Below, in pieces: positions 34,611 through 46,324 of a stretch of DNA of 64,000 nucleotides. The translations under genes were made by a program, and so were the position numbers. Every line of letters starts with the position of its first letter. The stretch's first letter is position 1. The stretch spans positions 54,624,001 to 54,688,000 of the forward strand of contig NC_086108.1 in the NCBI RefSeq assembly GCF_963921235.1, given 5' to 3'. This DNA comes from Mobula hypostoma (taxonomy: Eukaryota). Under the pieces are notes generated by a model. The model was given only the letters and a program-made list of their open reading frames with translations. It was not told the origin of the DNA and made no database searches.

Positions 34611-36945
34611 TAATCACCACCTGTCATGCTTCTTTCAATTTCATCCAGATCCCTCTCCCATTCATCTCATGTATTATGCTCTCTTCTTCCCTCCACTTTT
34701 ATCCTTCTCATTCTTTATTTTTCTCCTCATTATTTTTGTTCTCTTGCTTCCCTATCTTTCTCTACCTGTTTCCCATTCTATCACTGTCTTCAATCTTATT
34801 CACTGCCAATCGAAACATGACAGCTACATCAGAGAAGAGGGATCCACGCCTTAATGATTTTTCAGTGTTGGACAGATTCATATTGTAAGTTTTATTTAAA
34901 AACCTTGATGATTAGTCTTTGGTACAGTACATGCCAGTGTGAGTCAATTAGCAATAACATACAAAGAAGTTGTTCATTAAGCCCAAGCGTATTGTACTGG
35001 TGATAGTGAAAGTGATACTTTTTCACTATTTATCACGTTGTGATGATATAACAACACATAATGAAAATTCTGTTTACGTACTGATTCTTCTGTACATATT
35101 TTCAAAAGCACACAATAACTTGAGTCCCCCTTTTGAAGTCAAAATTCTCGGAGAAGGTTCTGATGATTGTCCTAAACACTGCCATATTTTATGCTACTGA
35201 CTTCAATTAAGCTGAGTTGGTGGGTTAACATGGGGCTAATTCACAGCTGCGTCATCCTGGACAATGTGCTATTTCTTTAGTGTTGTTTGTTTTATACTTA
35301 GGCAGGAGCATTTTAGGTTTCTTTCAGAAAGTTTGGTTTGGGTGTTCTTGAGATGCCTAGAACAGATGGTTTTTCAACACACTTTTTGCCTGCCTCTTGT
35401 TGACTGACTATTTCCTGATCCTCCTCTCAAGTACTTGTAGACAAAGCTTAGTCTATGCAAACTCTAGGAACAGTGCCATTACTGCTCAGTACTTTTCGAG
35501 CAGAGAGTAGATTGTAAACAGCTTGATTCAGTAAACTGGCTTAAGATCATCCTCCTATTACCTGAGTCAGTGCTGAGCTATGCAGATTTGGCTTTCGGGA
35601 GCTTATTGTTTTATGATGATCACTTTTTTTTTACTGCTTTTTATTCTTTCTTCAGGGACCAAGGGAGTCTTGTACACATTTACTGGGATAGAAACAGACA
35701 AGATTTGGCCCTACATCCCATTCTCTATTGAATGCCAGGATTCGAGCCATTCAGCCAAAGCTGAGCCATTCTTTCTAGAAAAATTTCAGGCAGAAATACA
35801 GCAAATTGAAGAGTATTTTTCATAAATTCTCCACATTTTACTTATTTCGGCTATAAATAACATATTTTCTTCTAGACACATGAATGTACTGTTATTATTG
35901 ATGCTTTCTTATCTCTATGTGCCTCTGAAGAGCATTTTCATCCTAACATTATTAAGTGAATTATAAATAGTGAAATGTCTGCAAATATCACTCCAGGTAG
36001 GCTTTTAACTGATCTTCATCTGAGATGTCTTTGTCTTGCATAATTGTATCCCAAACAATTTCACAAGACGGAAGAATCTGTTATCCCAGGAAATCTTCTT
36101 TTAATTTTATTTAATTAGGCTATTCTTTGGGATATCACTGAAGAACTTCAGCTGTGTATTGAGTATACTTGCCTTTTATATTGCACCAAAACTCTAAGCA
36201 TGGCAGGCCATTTGTGCTGTAGAATGAATGAATGAATGATATTTATTTCGGTCAGTACCATCATAACAAAAAGCATCATTTTCAACGATGATTTCATAGG
36301 ACAAAATTACAACAAAAAGTATAGATATTCTTTAAAACAGACTGGAAGGATGTAGGCTGAAGCTACAGCTTATTACGCCTACCCCTCTTGCTTATACAAC
36401 AGCATATTTGGTGTCAATCATCACATCAAAGCAAAAAATTTAATAATCCTTTACCACAAAATCCAATTCCAAGTATCATTTATTTACATTACTCCCATTT
36501 ATTTTAAATCATGTATTTTATATTTGTTCATTAAATTATTGTCAATTTTTTTTTAACTTGTTAAGCATGGTGCATGTTTTTAAATTCTCACTACAACTGT
36601 TCCATAGATTCACCCCTCTGACTGAAATACAATGATTTTTTACATTTGTTTTTATCCTCTGTTTTTGAAATATACATATTCCTCTCAAATCATGTTGACT
36701 TTCTCTCGTTTTAAACAACATTTAAATACTTTATAGTAGCTGTCCATTTTTTACTTTATACATAATTTGTATTATTTTAAAATCTACAAAATCTCTGAAT
36801 TTTAAGGTGTTTTAAGATGAATAAATAGTGGATTGGTTGGCTCATAATAACTTGTCTTATTTACAATTCGCATGACTTTTTTTGGAGTAGAAAAATTGAG
36901 TTTGTATTTGTTTTGTATATATTTCCCCATACCTCTACACAGTAA

Positions 36946-39452
36946 ACATAGAAACATAGAAACATAGAAAATAGGTGCAGGAGTAGGCCATTCGGCCCTT
37001 CGAGCCTGCACCGCCATTTATTATGATCATGGCTGATCATCCAACTCAGAACCCAGCCTTCCCTCCATACCCCCTGACCCCTGTAGCCACAAGGGCCATA
37101 TCTAACTTCCTTTTAAACATAGCTAATGAACTGGCCTCAACAGTTTGCTGTGGCAGAGAATTCCACAGATTCACCACTCTCTGTGTGAAGAAGTTTTTCC
37201 TAATCTCGGTCCTAAAAGGCTTCCCCTCTATCCTCAAACTGTGACCCCTCGTTCTGGACCTCCCCAACATCGGGAACAATCTTCCCGCATCCAGCCTGTC
37301 CAATCCCTTTAGGATCTTATACGTTTCAATCAGATCCCCCCTCAATCTTCTAAATTCCAACGAGTACAAGCCCAGTTCATCCAGTCTTTCTTCATATGAA
37401 AGACCTGCCATCCCAGGAATCAATCTGGTGAACCTTCTTTGTACTCCCTCTATGGCAAAGATGTCTTTCCTCAGATTAGGGGACCAAAACTGCACACAAT
37501 ACTCCAGGTGTGGTCTCACCAAGGCCTTGTACAACTGCAGTAGTACCTCCCTGCTCCTGTACTCGAATCCTCTCGCTATAAATGCCAGCATACCGTTCGC
37601 CTTTTTCACCGCCTGCTGTACCTGCATGCCCACTTTCAATGACTGGTGTATAATGACACCCAGGTCTCGTTGCACCTCCCCTTTTCCTAATCGGCCACCA
37701 TTCAGATAATAATCTGTTTTCCTATTTTTGCCACCAAAGTGGATAACTTCACATTTGTCCACATTAAATTGCATCTGCCATGAGTTTGCCCACTCACCCA
37801 ACCTATCCAAGTCACCCTGCATCCTCTTAGCATCCTCCTCACTGCTAACACTGCCACCCAGCTTCGTGTCATCCGCAAACTTGGAGATGCTGCATTTAAT
37901 TCCCTCATCCAAGTCATTAATATATATTGTAAACAACTGGGGTCCCAGTACTGAGCCTTGCGGTACCCCACTAGTCACCGCCTGCCATTCTGAAAAGGTC
38001 CCGTTTATTCCCACTCTTTGCTTCCTGTCTGCTAACCAATTCTCCACCCACACCAATACCTTACCCCCAATACCGTGTGCTTTAAGTTTGCACACTAATC
38101 TCCTGTGTGGGACCTTGTCAAAAGCCTTTTGAAAATCCAAATATACCACATCCACTGGTTCTCCCCTATCCACTCTACTAGTTACATCCTCAAAAAATTC
38201 TATGAGATTCGTCAGACATGATTTTCCTTTCACAAATCCATGCTGACTTTGTCCAATCATTTCACCGCTTTCCAAATGTGCTGTTATCACATCCTTGATA
38301 ACTGACTCCAGCAGTTTCCCCACCACCGACGTTAGGCTAACCGGCCTATAATTCCCCGGTTTCTCTCTCCCTCCTTTTTTAAAAAGTGGGGTTACATTAG
38401 CCACCCTCCAATCCTCAGGAACTAGTCCAGAATCTAACGAGTTTTGAAAAATTATCACTAATGCATCCACTATTTCTTGGGCTACTTCCTTAAGCACTCT
38501 GGGATGCAGACCATCTGGCCCTGGGGATTTATCTGCCTTCAATCCCTTCAATTTACCTAACACCACTTCCCTACTAACATGTATTTCGCTCAGTTCCTCC
38601 ATCTCACTGGACCCTCTGTCCCTTACTATTTCTGGAAGATTATTTATGTCCTCCTTAGTGAAGACAGAACCAAAGTAATTATTCAATTGGTCTGCCATGT
38701 CCTTGCTCCCCATAATCAATTCACCTGTTTCTGTTTGCAGGGGACCTACATTTGTCTTTATCAGTCTTTTCCTTTTTACATATCTATAAAAGCTTTTACA
38801 GTCCGTTTTTATGTTCTCTGCCAGTTTTCTCTCATAATCTTTTTTCCCCTTCCTAATTAAGCCCTTTGTCCTCCTCTGCTGAACTCTGAATTTCTCCCAG
38901 TCCTCAGGTGAGCCACTTTCTCTGGCTAATTTGTATGCTACTTCTTTGGAATTGATACTATCCCTAATTTCTCTTGTCAGCCACGGGTGCACTACCTTCC
39001 TTGATTTATTCTTTTGCCAAACTGGGATGAACAATTGTTGTAGTTCATCCATGCAACCTTTAAATGCCTGCCATTGCATATCCACCGTCAATCCTTTAAG
39101 TGTCATTTGCCAGTCTATCTTAGCTAATTCACGACTCATACCTTCAAAGTTATCCCTCTTTAAGTTCAGAACCTTTGTTTCTGAATTAACTACGTCACTC
39201 TCCATGTTAATGAAGAATTCCACCATATTATGGTCACTCTTACCCAAGGGGCCTCTCACGACAAGATCGCTAATTAACCCTTCCTCATTGCTCAAAACCT
39301 AGTCCAGAATAGCCTGCTCTCTAGTCGGTTCCTCGACATGTTGGTTCAAAAAACCATCCCGCATACATTCCAAGAAATCCTCTTCCTCAGCACCTTTACC
39401 AATTTGGTTCACCCAGTCTACATGTAGATTGAAGTCACCCATTATAACTGCT
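36946..39452 (-). mobile_element. Young 5'-truncated CR1
   Basis: (GTTTCTAT)n tail; gtaa repeated at both junctions; truncated inside the endonuclease at the IMGDF motif. Confidence 0.97.
37046..39295 (-). CDS. CR1 ORF2 (749 aa open stretch: end of endonuclease, RT and C-terminus)
   Basis: [52 protein letters not shown]; an in-frame stop just upstream and no 5' end, so not autonomous. Confidence 0.93.
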   Translation of the reverse strand: MSNEEGLISDLVVRGPLGKSDHNMVEFFINMESDVVNSETKVLNLKRDNFEGMSRELAKIDWQMTLKGLTVDMQWQAFKGCMDELQQLFIPVWQKNKSRKVVHPWLTREIRDSINSKEVAYKLARESGSPEDWEKFRVQQRRTKGLIRKGKKDYERKLAENIKTDCKSFYRYVKRKRLIKTNVGPLQTETGELIMGSKDMADQLNNYFGSVFTKEDINNLPEIVRDRGSSEMEELSEIHVSREVVLGKLKGLKADKSPGPDGLHPRVLKEVAQEIVDALVIIFQNSLDSGLVPEDWRVANVTPLFKKGGREKPGNYRPVSLTSVVGKLLESVIKDVITAHLESGEMIGQSQHGFVKGKSCLTNLIEFFEDVTSRVDRGEPVDVVYLDFQKAFDKVPHRRLVCKLKAHGIGGKVLVWVENWLADRKQRVGINGTFSEWQAVTSGVPQGSVLGPQLFTIYINDLDEGIKCSISKFADDTKLGGSVSSEEDAKRMQGDLDRLGEWANSWQMQFNVDKCEVIHFGGKNRKTDYYLNGGRLGKGEVQRDLGVIIHQSLKVGMQVQQAVKKANGMLAFIARGFEYRSREVLLQLYKALVRPHLEYCVQFWSPNLRKDIFAIEGVQRRFTRLIPGMAGLSYEERLDELGLYSLEFRRLRGDLIETYKILKGLDRLDAGRLFPMLGRSRTRGHSLRIEGKPFRTEIRKNFFTQRVVNLWNSLPQQTVEASSLAMFKRKLDMALVATGVRGYGGKAGF

Positions 39453-40469
39453 GTAAGTCATGTATGGGACTATAAGTGAACAGTACAATGTATACAAAGA
39501 TTCTTGATTTAAGAAATCTTGCATTTTGTACAGTATTGTAACAGATTTTGACATTTTTGCTTTGACATAATTTATATGTGGTTTCCAGCTTAATTTATTA
39601 TCTATTATGACACCTAAAAATTTTGTTTCAGATACCTTATCAATTTCAACATCATTTATTCTAAGTTTACTATATGAGTTTGATACACGGTTTCCAAATA
39701 TTATAAATTTAGTTTTGCTTAGATTCAGTGATAATTTGTTAGTATCAAACCATTTCTTTATAATTTTTAGTTCTTTCTCCACTGTATCCAAAAGTTGTTT
39801 CAGATGTTCCCACTACAACATATAGTTGTATCATCAGCAAATAATATACATTTTAATGTCTGAGAGACCATACATATATCGTTTATATACAAAATGCAAT
39901 GTATATTTTATTTTTAAGCTGATGCAGCACACTTTCTAAATAAAATTATTGTATTACAACCAACAATGGCTATAAAATTTAACTATTTCTGCATTTTAAG
40001 GTCAGATAATTGTACACCAAAACTCACTTCCCCTGACCCAAACAGTGTGAGTTAATCTAAAGAGTATACTGTTCATCAATTTTAAATATTTTCATTTAAC
40101 CAATCCACATACTCTTTGAAATAAGTTACAATATGAAACATTTTCTCTTAGTTAGCAGTGTTAAACAGCTGGCCTAGAATGAATCATCTGAAATCCACTC
40201 ACTGAGTATTTAATTTTAATAGTTTTAATGGAGTTGGATGTTGGGAGGTAACCCTAACAGCGACTGACATTTCAGCAACCATTCAGCATCAAGACCAAAG
40301 ACAGACCATGCTGGAACTGGGGCTCATATAATATGAACCTGAGGCTATTACAACTTATGTCAACTTATTACAACTCTGGACTGACTGGTGATCTGCTTTG
40401 GGCTCTTAATACACAAATAGGAAAGAAATTGTTTTTTCTTCATTCCACATTGGGGAGTATAAAACTCAT

Positions 40470-41182
40470 TGTTTACCACACCACTTGCAGTCAGCCAGCA
40501 GTTTGCAGTCATTATTCATTATTATTGTTTATTTGTATTTGCATTTGCATGGTTTGTTGTCTTCTGCACTCTGATTAATCTTCCAAGGATCCTGTTATAG
40601 TTACTATTCTATAGATTTGCTGAGTATGCCCACAGGAAGGTGAATCTCGGGTTGTATATGGTGACATATATGTATTTTGATAATAAAAATTACTTTGAAC
40701 TTCTCCTCCTGCACCCCACAGCTACTCTGGTGTCATGACTTATAGAAAGACACACTAACACTAGCATACTGGAGGAGGCCAACATGTATAGCGTGTCCAC
40801 CACCAGCACCTCACACAACCAGGTGCAGGACAGGTATTACCCCTCAGCCATCAGGACTTTGAAGCAAAGGGGATAACTTCACTCACACTTGCCCCAACAA
40901 TGAACTGTTCCCACAACCTATAAACTCACTTTCAAGGACTCTTCATCTCGTGTTCTCAATGATTATTGCTATTTTAATTATCATTATTATTATTTCTTTC
41001 TTTTTGCACTTACACAGTTTGTTGTCTTTCGAACATTGGTTAAAAACCCATGTTGGTGTGGTCTTTCATTGTTTCTATTATGATTATTATTCCGTTATGG
41101 ATTTATTGAGTATGCCCACAAGAAAATGAATCTCGGTGTTGTATATGGTGATATATATGCACTCTGATAATAAATTTACATT
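40470..41182 (+). mobile_element. Two tandem LINE 3' end remnants (Rex1/L2-like) with a shared tail
   Basis: gagtatgcccaca.gaa..tgaatctc..ggttgtatatggtga.atata...tgataataaa at about 40620-40700 and 41107-41182; the second tail finishes at 43521-43530. Confidence 0.65.
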
Positions 41183-43480
41183 CGCTCAGGGACACTATCC
41201 ACAGCACTGCACTCAAGGCCTTCGGGAAGAAATGGGGCAAGACACAGTACAGGTTTGAAGTGAGCTCAAGTAAGCTCACCCCTGTTATCGAGGTGAAGTG
41301 TGTTGCACTATTAGAGCACAAACGCAACCTCACCCAGGCAACACTGCAAGCGCTAAGGACAGCAAGAAGCAAGGCCCAGGAAACAGCCAGACGCTGTGCA
41401 AATGACTACTGGCTACAACTGTGCGAAAGCATTCAGTCATCATTTGACACAGGCAACATCCGTGGAGTGTACGAGGGGATCAAGAAAGCCATCGGGCCAA
41501 CCCAGAGCAAGACAGCACCATTGAAAACCATAACAGGTGAGACCATCAATGACAAAGGCAAGCAGATGGAGAGATGGGTGGAGCATTACTCTGAACTCTT
41601 CTCCAGAGAAAACAGCATCTTGGACAGCGCGCTAGATGCTGGGGAATGCCTGCCTGTCATGGAGGAACTTGATGCATTGCCGACTGCCGAAGAGCTGCAT
41701 AAAGTCATCGACAGCCTGCCCACTGGGAAGGCACCAGGATTGGATGGCATTCCACCAGAGGCCATCAAATGTGCAAAGGGTGTCCTGCTAAACCACCTGC
41801 ATGAACAACTGTGCCAGTGCTGGACAGAGGGAGCAGTGCCACAAGACATGAGAGACTGCAACGTTGTCACCATATATAAAAACAAAGGGGACAGAAGCGA
41901 CTGTAACAGCTACAGGGGAATCTCCTTGCTGAGCATCGTTGGGAAGGTCTTTGCTCGTGTGGTCCGGAACAGACTGCAGAAAATAGCCAAAAGGGTATAT
42001 CCCGAGTCTCAGTGCAGTTTCAGGTCGGAATGCTGCACAATCGACATGATCTTCTCCCTTCGACAGCTACAAGAGAAATGCAGTGAGCAAAGGCAACCAC
42101 TATGCATCGCTTTCATTGACCTTACGAAGGCCTTCGACCTTGTGAGCAGAGACTGCCTGTTCAAAATCCTTGCCAGGATTGGTTGTCCCCTGAGGCTCCT
42201 CAGGATAGTTCAGTCATTCCACACAGACATTAAGGGTGTCGTTCAGTTCAACGGCTCTTCTTCAGAGGCTTTCAACATCCGCAGCGGTGTGAAACAGGGC
42301 TGTATGCTTGCCCCCACACTGTTCAGCATCTTCTTCACAGTCATGCTGAAGCACGCCTTTGGAACATCAACTGAAGGTGTCTACCTACACACCAGATCAG
42401 ATGGGAGGCTGTTCAGTCTGTCCCGGCTGAGGGCAAAAACCAAGGTTCATGAAGTACTCATCAGGGACATGTTGTTTGCAGATGATGCGGCACTGGCAAC
42501 ACACACTGAAGAGCAACTGCAACGCCTCATGGACAGCTTCTCAAGAGCCTGCCAGGACTTCAGCTTGACCATCAGCCTGAAGAAAACCAACATGTTGGGC
42601 CAAGGCGTTGAGCACCACCCCCCCCCACCCCCGCCATTACCACCAACAACTACGAGCTGCAGGTAGTTCATGAGTTTACATACCTTGGCTCCACCATCAT
42701 GGACAGCCTCTCCCTAGACCCCGAGATCAACAGACGGATCGGACAAGCAGCCTCAACATTCACCAGGCTGACAAAGAGAGTCTGGGAGAACAGAAAGCTG
42801 ACAACACACACCAAAGTTGCAGTCTACAGGGCCTGCATCCTCAGCACACTGCTTTACCGCAGCGAGACCTGGAGCTTCTACTACAGACAAGAATGGTGTC
42901 TCAATGCCTTCCACCTTCACGGCCTGAGATGCATCCTGGACATCACGTGGACTGACCGAGTCACCAACAATGAGGTCCTGGCCCGTGCCCAGATACCCAG
43001 CCTCATCACTCTGCTCCAATAACGCTGTCTCCACTGGCTGGGCCACGTACACCGCATGTCAGATGGGAGGATCCCAAAAGACCTGCTGTACGGGGAACTG
43101 GCCTCTGGCAAGAGAGCACAAGGGCAGCCCCATCTTCGTTTCAAAGACGTTTGCAAGAGAGACATGAAGTCACTGAAAATGAACATCGAGAGGTGGGAGG
43201 ACATCGCAAGCGATCGCTCTCACTGAGGCTGGAACTACGCAGAGGTCTAAAAAGAGGAGAAGAGAAGCTGAGGCTTGTTGCTGAAGAAAAGCGCACTCGT
43301 CGGAAAAACAGCACCAAGACAACACTGGAGGACAGCGCCTTCAAGTGCAGTCGCTGCAGCCAAGACTGTCACTCCCGTGTGGGCCTCTACAGCCACAACA
43401 GACACTGCTCTAACACAGACTGAAGCAAGACTTTACAGGCGCAGATCCAAGGTCTCGCAAGACTAACGGATGCGACCACC
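41183..43480 (+). mobile_element. 5'-truncated RTE-clade LINE with a 40-bp TSD
   Basis: GKAPGLDGIPPE, SYRGISLLS, PESQCSFR, FIDLTKAFD, GVKQGCMLAP, LFADD, YLGS; 3' end gtctcgcaagac...gatgc; identical 40-mers at 41143-41182 and 43481-43520. Confidence 0.95.
41260..43422 (+). pseudogene. RTE reverse transcriptase ORF; frameshift at the C-run near 42617 and later stops
   Basis: The 468-aa frame to 42666 continues in other frames (42699-43022, 43151-43423 with C-terminal CSRC...H...H). Confidence 0.88.
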
Positions 43481-43539
43481 ATATGGTGATATATATGCAC
43501 TCTGATAATAAATTTACATTGAACTTTGAATGATAAAGA

Positions 43540-43910
43540 AATACCAACTCTGATGGATAGGCCATGCCATCCAGATGCCAAGCTCAAACCTTTACTCCCA
43601 GTTGAAGGAAGGCCAGTGAGCTCGTGGTGGGCAAAGGAAATGCTCGAAAGATAAAATCAGTATCAGCCTGAAGAAGTTCAACATCGCATCTGAAAACATT
43701 GTACTCAGCAAATACACGGAGGAAATCTGTTTGAGGAAACTGTGCTTCATGAAAATGTTCTCCACTGTGCCACAGGAAACAAATGGCAGCTGTGAAAGGG
43801 GACACAGAAGAATCAAAAGATGCAAATACTATCCACAGCCACCACTTACCCTTGCCCACACTGCACCAGAATATTTAGATCCTGGATTGGCCTCTACACC
43901 CACCAATATG
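43540..43910 (+). mobile_element. Older RTE 3' fragment
   Basis: L.WIGH..., LYSQLKEG..ARGGQRKC.KD...SLKKFNI remnant. Confidence 0.65.
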
Positions 43911-45819
43911 CAGCTCCTTAGGAGAATACAACACTCAGCTCGACTGATCACACTGCTATCACTGATGTTTTTAGATGTGGTTCTGTCCTTGTGGAGGAAA
44001 TATGCACCGATTTATATATGTACCCACACGTACTTTGCGTATCACCCATCAATCCAGCGGCCCACTTGGTCTGAAGCTGTCACCTTGTAAAATTGAATAG
44101 AACCACTTACAGAAGCAGCATTTTTTTTTCTCACCTGGATGCCATTGGACAGGCTCTGAAGAATGGAGGTTCCAAAGCAGCATGTTTCTTTCAGGCAAGA
44201 AGTTAGACACAGTCACCAAGCTAGATGTGACCCCAACTGGTAATTGTTACACCTCTATCGAAATAATATGTCATATTTTAGGCTTTTTGATGACAGTAGC
44301 CCCTTTTCAAATAAAATATTTGTAAAATAAAGATAAACATAATTTTGTTGCACTTGTAATTCAGCTGTGTATTAATAGACAAAACTTCCCCACTGCAAAA
44401 TCAAAGGTTTCATCGTATGCTAATGATACGTGAAGTGCTTTTCATAAATTTTGATTGCATACTTTGCACTTTGGAATGAATAAATTGTGGGTATTTATTT
44501 TCAATATAATACAAACAATATTTGCTGTGAGCAGAATAGATTGGTGAAAATGAAATGAAAAATGCTACTCTGAGAACTCGATGGACATAACCCACTCTGA
44601 CACTGTGCCAGGGAAGGAAGAGCCCATGCTTTGCTAGGCACAGCTGGAGTGTCTATGCCATCATAGTTATAGGCCTGAGTTCCCTTACATCAAGGGGCGG
44701 GGGATATTATCTTTATACCAGATCATTAAACACCACAAACTGTTGCAGGTGGATGTTGGCTAAGACATGGTGCTCCTCTGCTTGTGATGAATGACTGATA
44801 CTCTGACCCATATGTATATGTACAGGTCAAGTCTGTCAAATCATAAGTCACTGGCTCAATTAATTAACTTCCTTTTAATTTTAATTATTAAAGATTTCAG
44901 CTATAATACTTCTTGCAAGTAATATGTGAATATTTTATATAAGGGCCCATTCTCCGGTTGCTTCTAATATTTAATTTTAAAATATTAATTGCCCCAAGGA
45001 TTACGAAATCAAATTTATGTCTACAAAGTCCCAGAAGACCAATAGCTTGGAAAGTTAAATAGCTTGCTAACAAGGGTAGGCACACACTGACTCTGATTAA
45101 TACATTGTAATTTCCTTTGTATCATTTAAGTTTATGTAGTATACATTTACCTCTTTTTGATTAAATATGATGTTGCAAAAAGAGTTGAAGGGAATTTTAT
45201 CAGGTGATAACCTATGGTGATGGGATACTGAGCTTCAAATTTACACAACATTATTTATTCCACTTGTTTTTTTTTCCTTCTCCCTTGGTTCTCTGACCAA
45301 AAGAAGGTTCCTAATGCATGGAGACTTGAATCCTGTAGATTCCCTATTTGAGAATTTTCTTGGACAGTAGCATCTGAATAAATGCTTTTTCCCAAATCTT
45401 TTTTTCTTTAAATTCTTTCTTATTATATCATTTCAATATACAATTTTTCTGGAGTTACCCTTGCCTTTTGAAAATGTTCTCTTATTGCATCTAAGCTCCA
45501 CTATTTCTAAGCTTGTACAAATAACTCAGAATTATTTGGCCTCACAGGTGACGGAAAGATCCCATTTCATTACAGCATGAAAAATTTTAGAACTTATGGA
45601 ATTTTCACAGACCATGCACCATATGCAAAACCTTGGGATGTGATTGAATGCTAGGCAAAGGACATCATTTCCTTTATATTTGTTGGCCCCTCTGCCCAAT
45701 ATTTGATTTCTATTCTTATGTCTGACAAGACATTGATACTAAACACTATTCAGTCTGGTGGCAAACCGACACAGATGTCTCACACTGTTGTGAAAGTATG
45801 TTAGGGAAAGAAAAGTGGT

Positions 45820-46290
45820 ACATTTGCCCTTGCACCTCCTCCCTCACTGCCATCCAGGGCCCAAAGCAGCCTTTGCAGCTGAAGCAACACTTCATCTGTG
45901 AGTCATTTGGGGTCATCTACTAAATCTGCGGATCCTAGTGTGGCTTGCCCTACCTCAGTGAGACCCATTGTGGAATGCATTGTCACTTCAGTAAGCACCT
46001 TTGCTCTGTCCACCACAAAAGATTGGTCTTATCGGTGGCCACCTTTTTAAATTCTACTTCCTATTCCCAGTCTGACATGTTGGTCCATAGCCTTCTCTAC
46101 TGCAGTATGAGGCCACTCTCTGATTGGAGGAGAACCACCTCATGTTCTATCTGGATAGCCTCCAATCAGACAGCATGACCGTCAATTGTTCTAACCTCTG
46201 GTAACTTCTTCCCTTTTCCCTACTTTGTTTTTCCGTTCCCCATTCTGGCTCTCCTCTTACCCCTTCTCTTCTCCTAACATGCCCATCACC
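45820..46290 (+). mobile_element. Degenerate Penelope GIY-YIG fragment
   Basis: IQGPKQP.Q.KQHFICES, YLSET..., VATFLNSTSYSQSDM parallel 17200-17560. Confidence 0.8.
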
Positions 46291-46324
46291 TTGTCCTTGC
46301 TTCAAGGTTATATAAAATAAGCAT

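Larger units (their letters stand above)
36222..39890 (-). mobile_element. AT-rich Crack/L2-group LINE 3' portion (36222-36945 and 39453-39890), split by a CR1
   Basis: ILFADDT, WFDTNKLSLNLSKTK, FLGVIIDNKLSWKPHI; LIVPYMTY|CVEVWG rejoins across the insertion; (CATT)n tail after AATAAA. Confidence 0.85.

Noticed and set aside
37046..39295. 749-aa ORF as a host gene or an autonomous element
   Set aside because: Ordinary CR1 ORF2 in a 5'-truncated copy with an upstream in-frame stop, no promoter and no ORF1.
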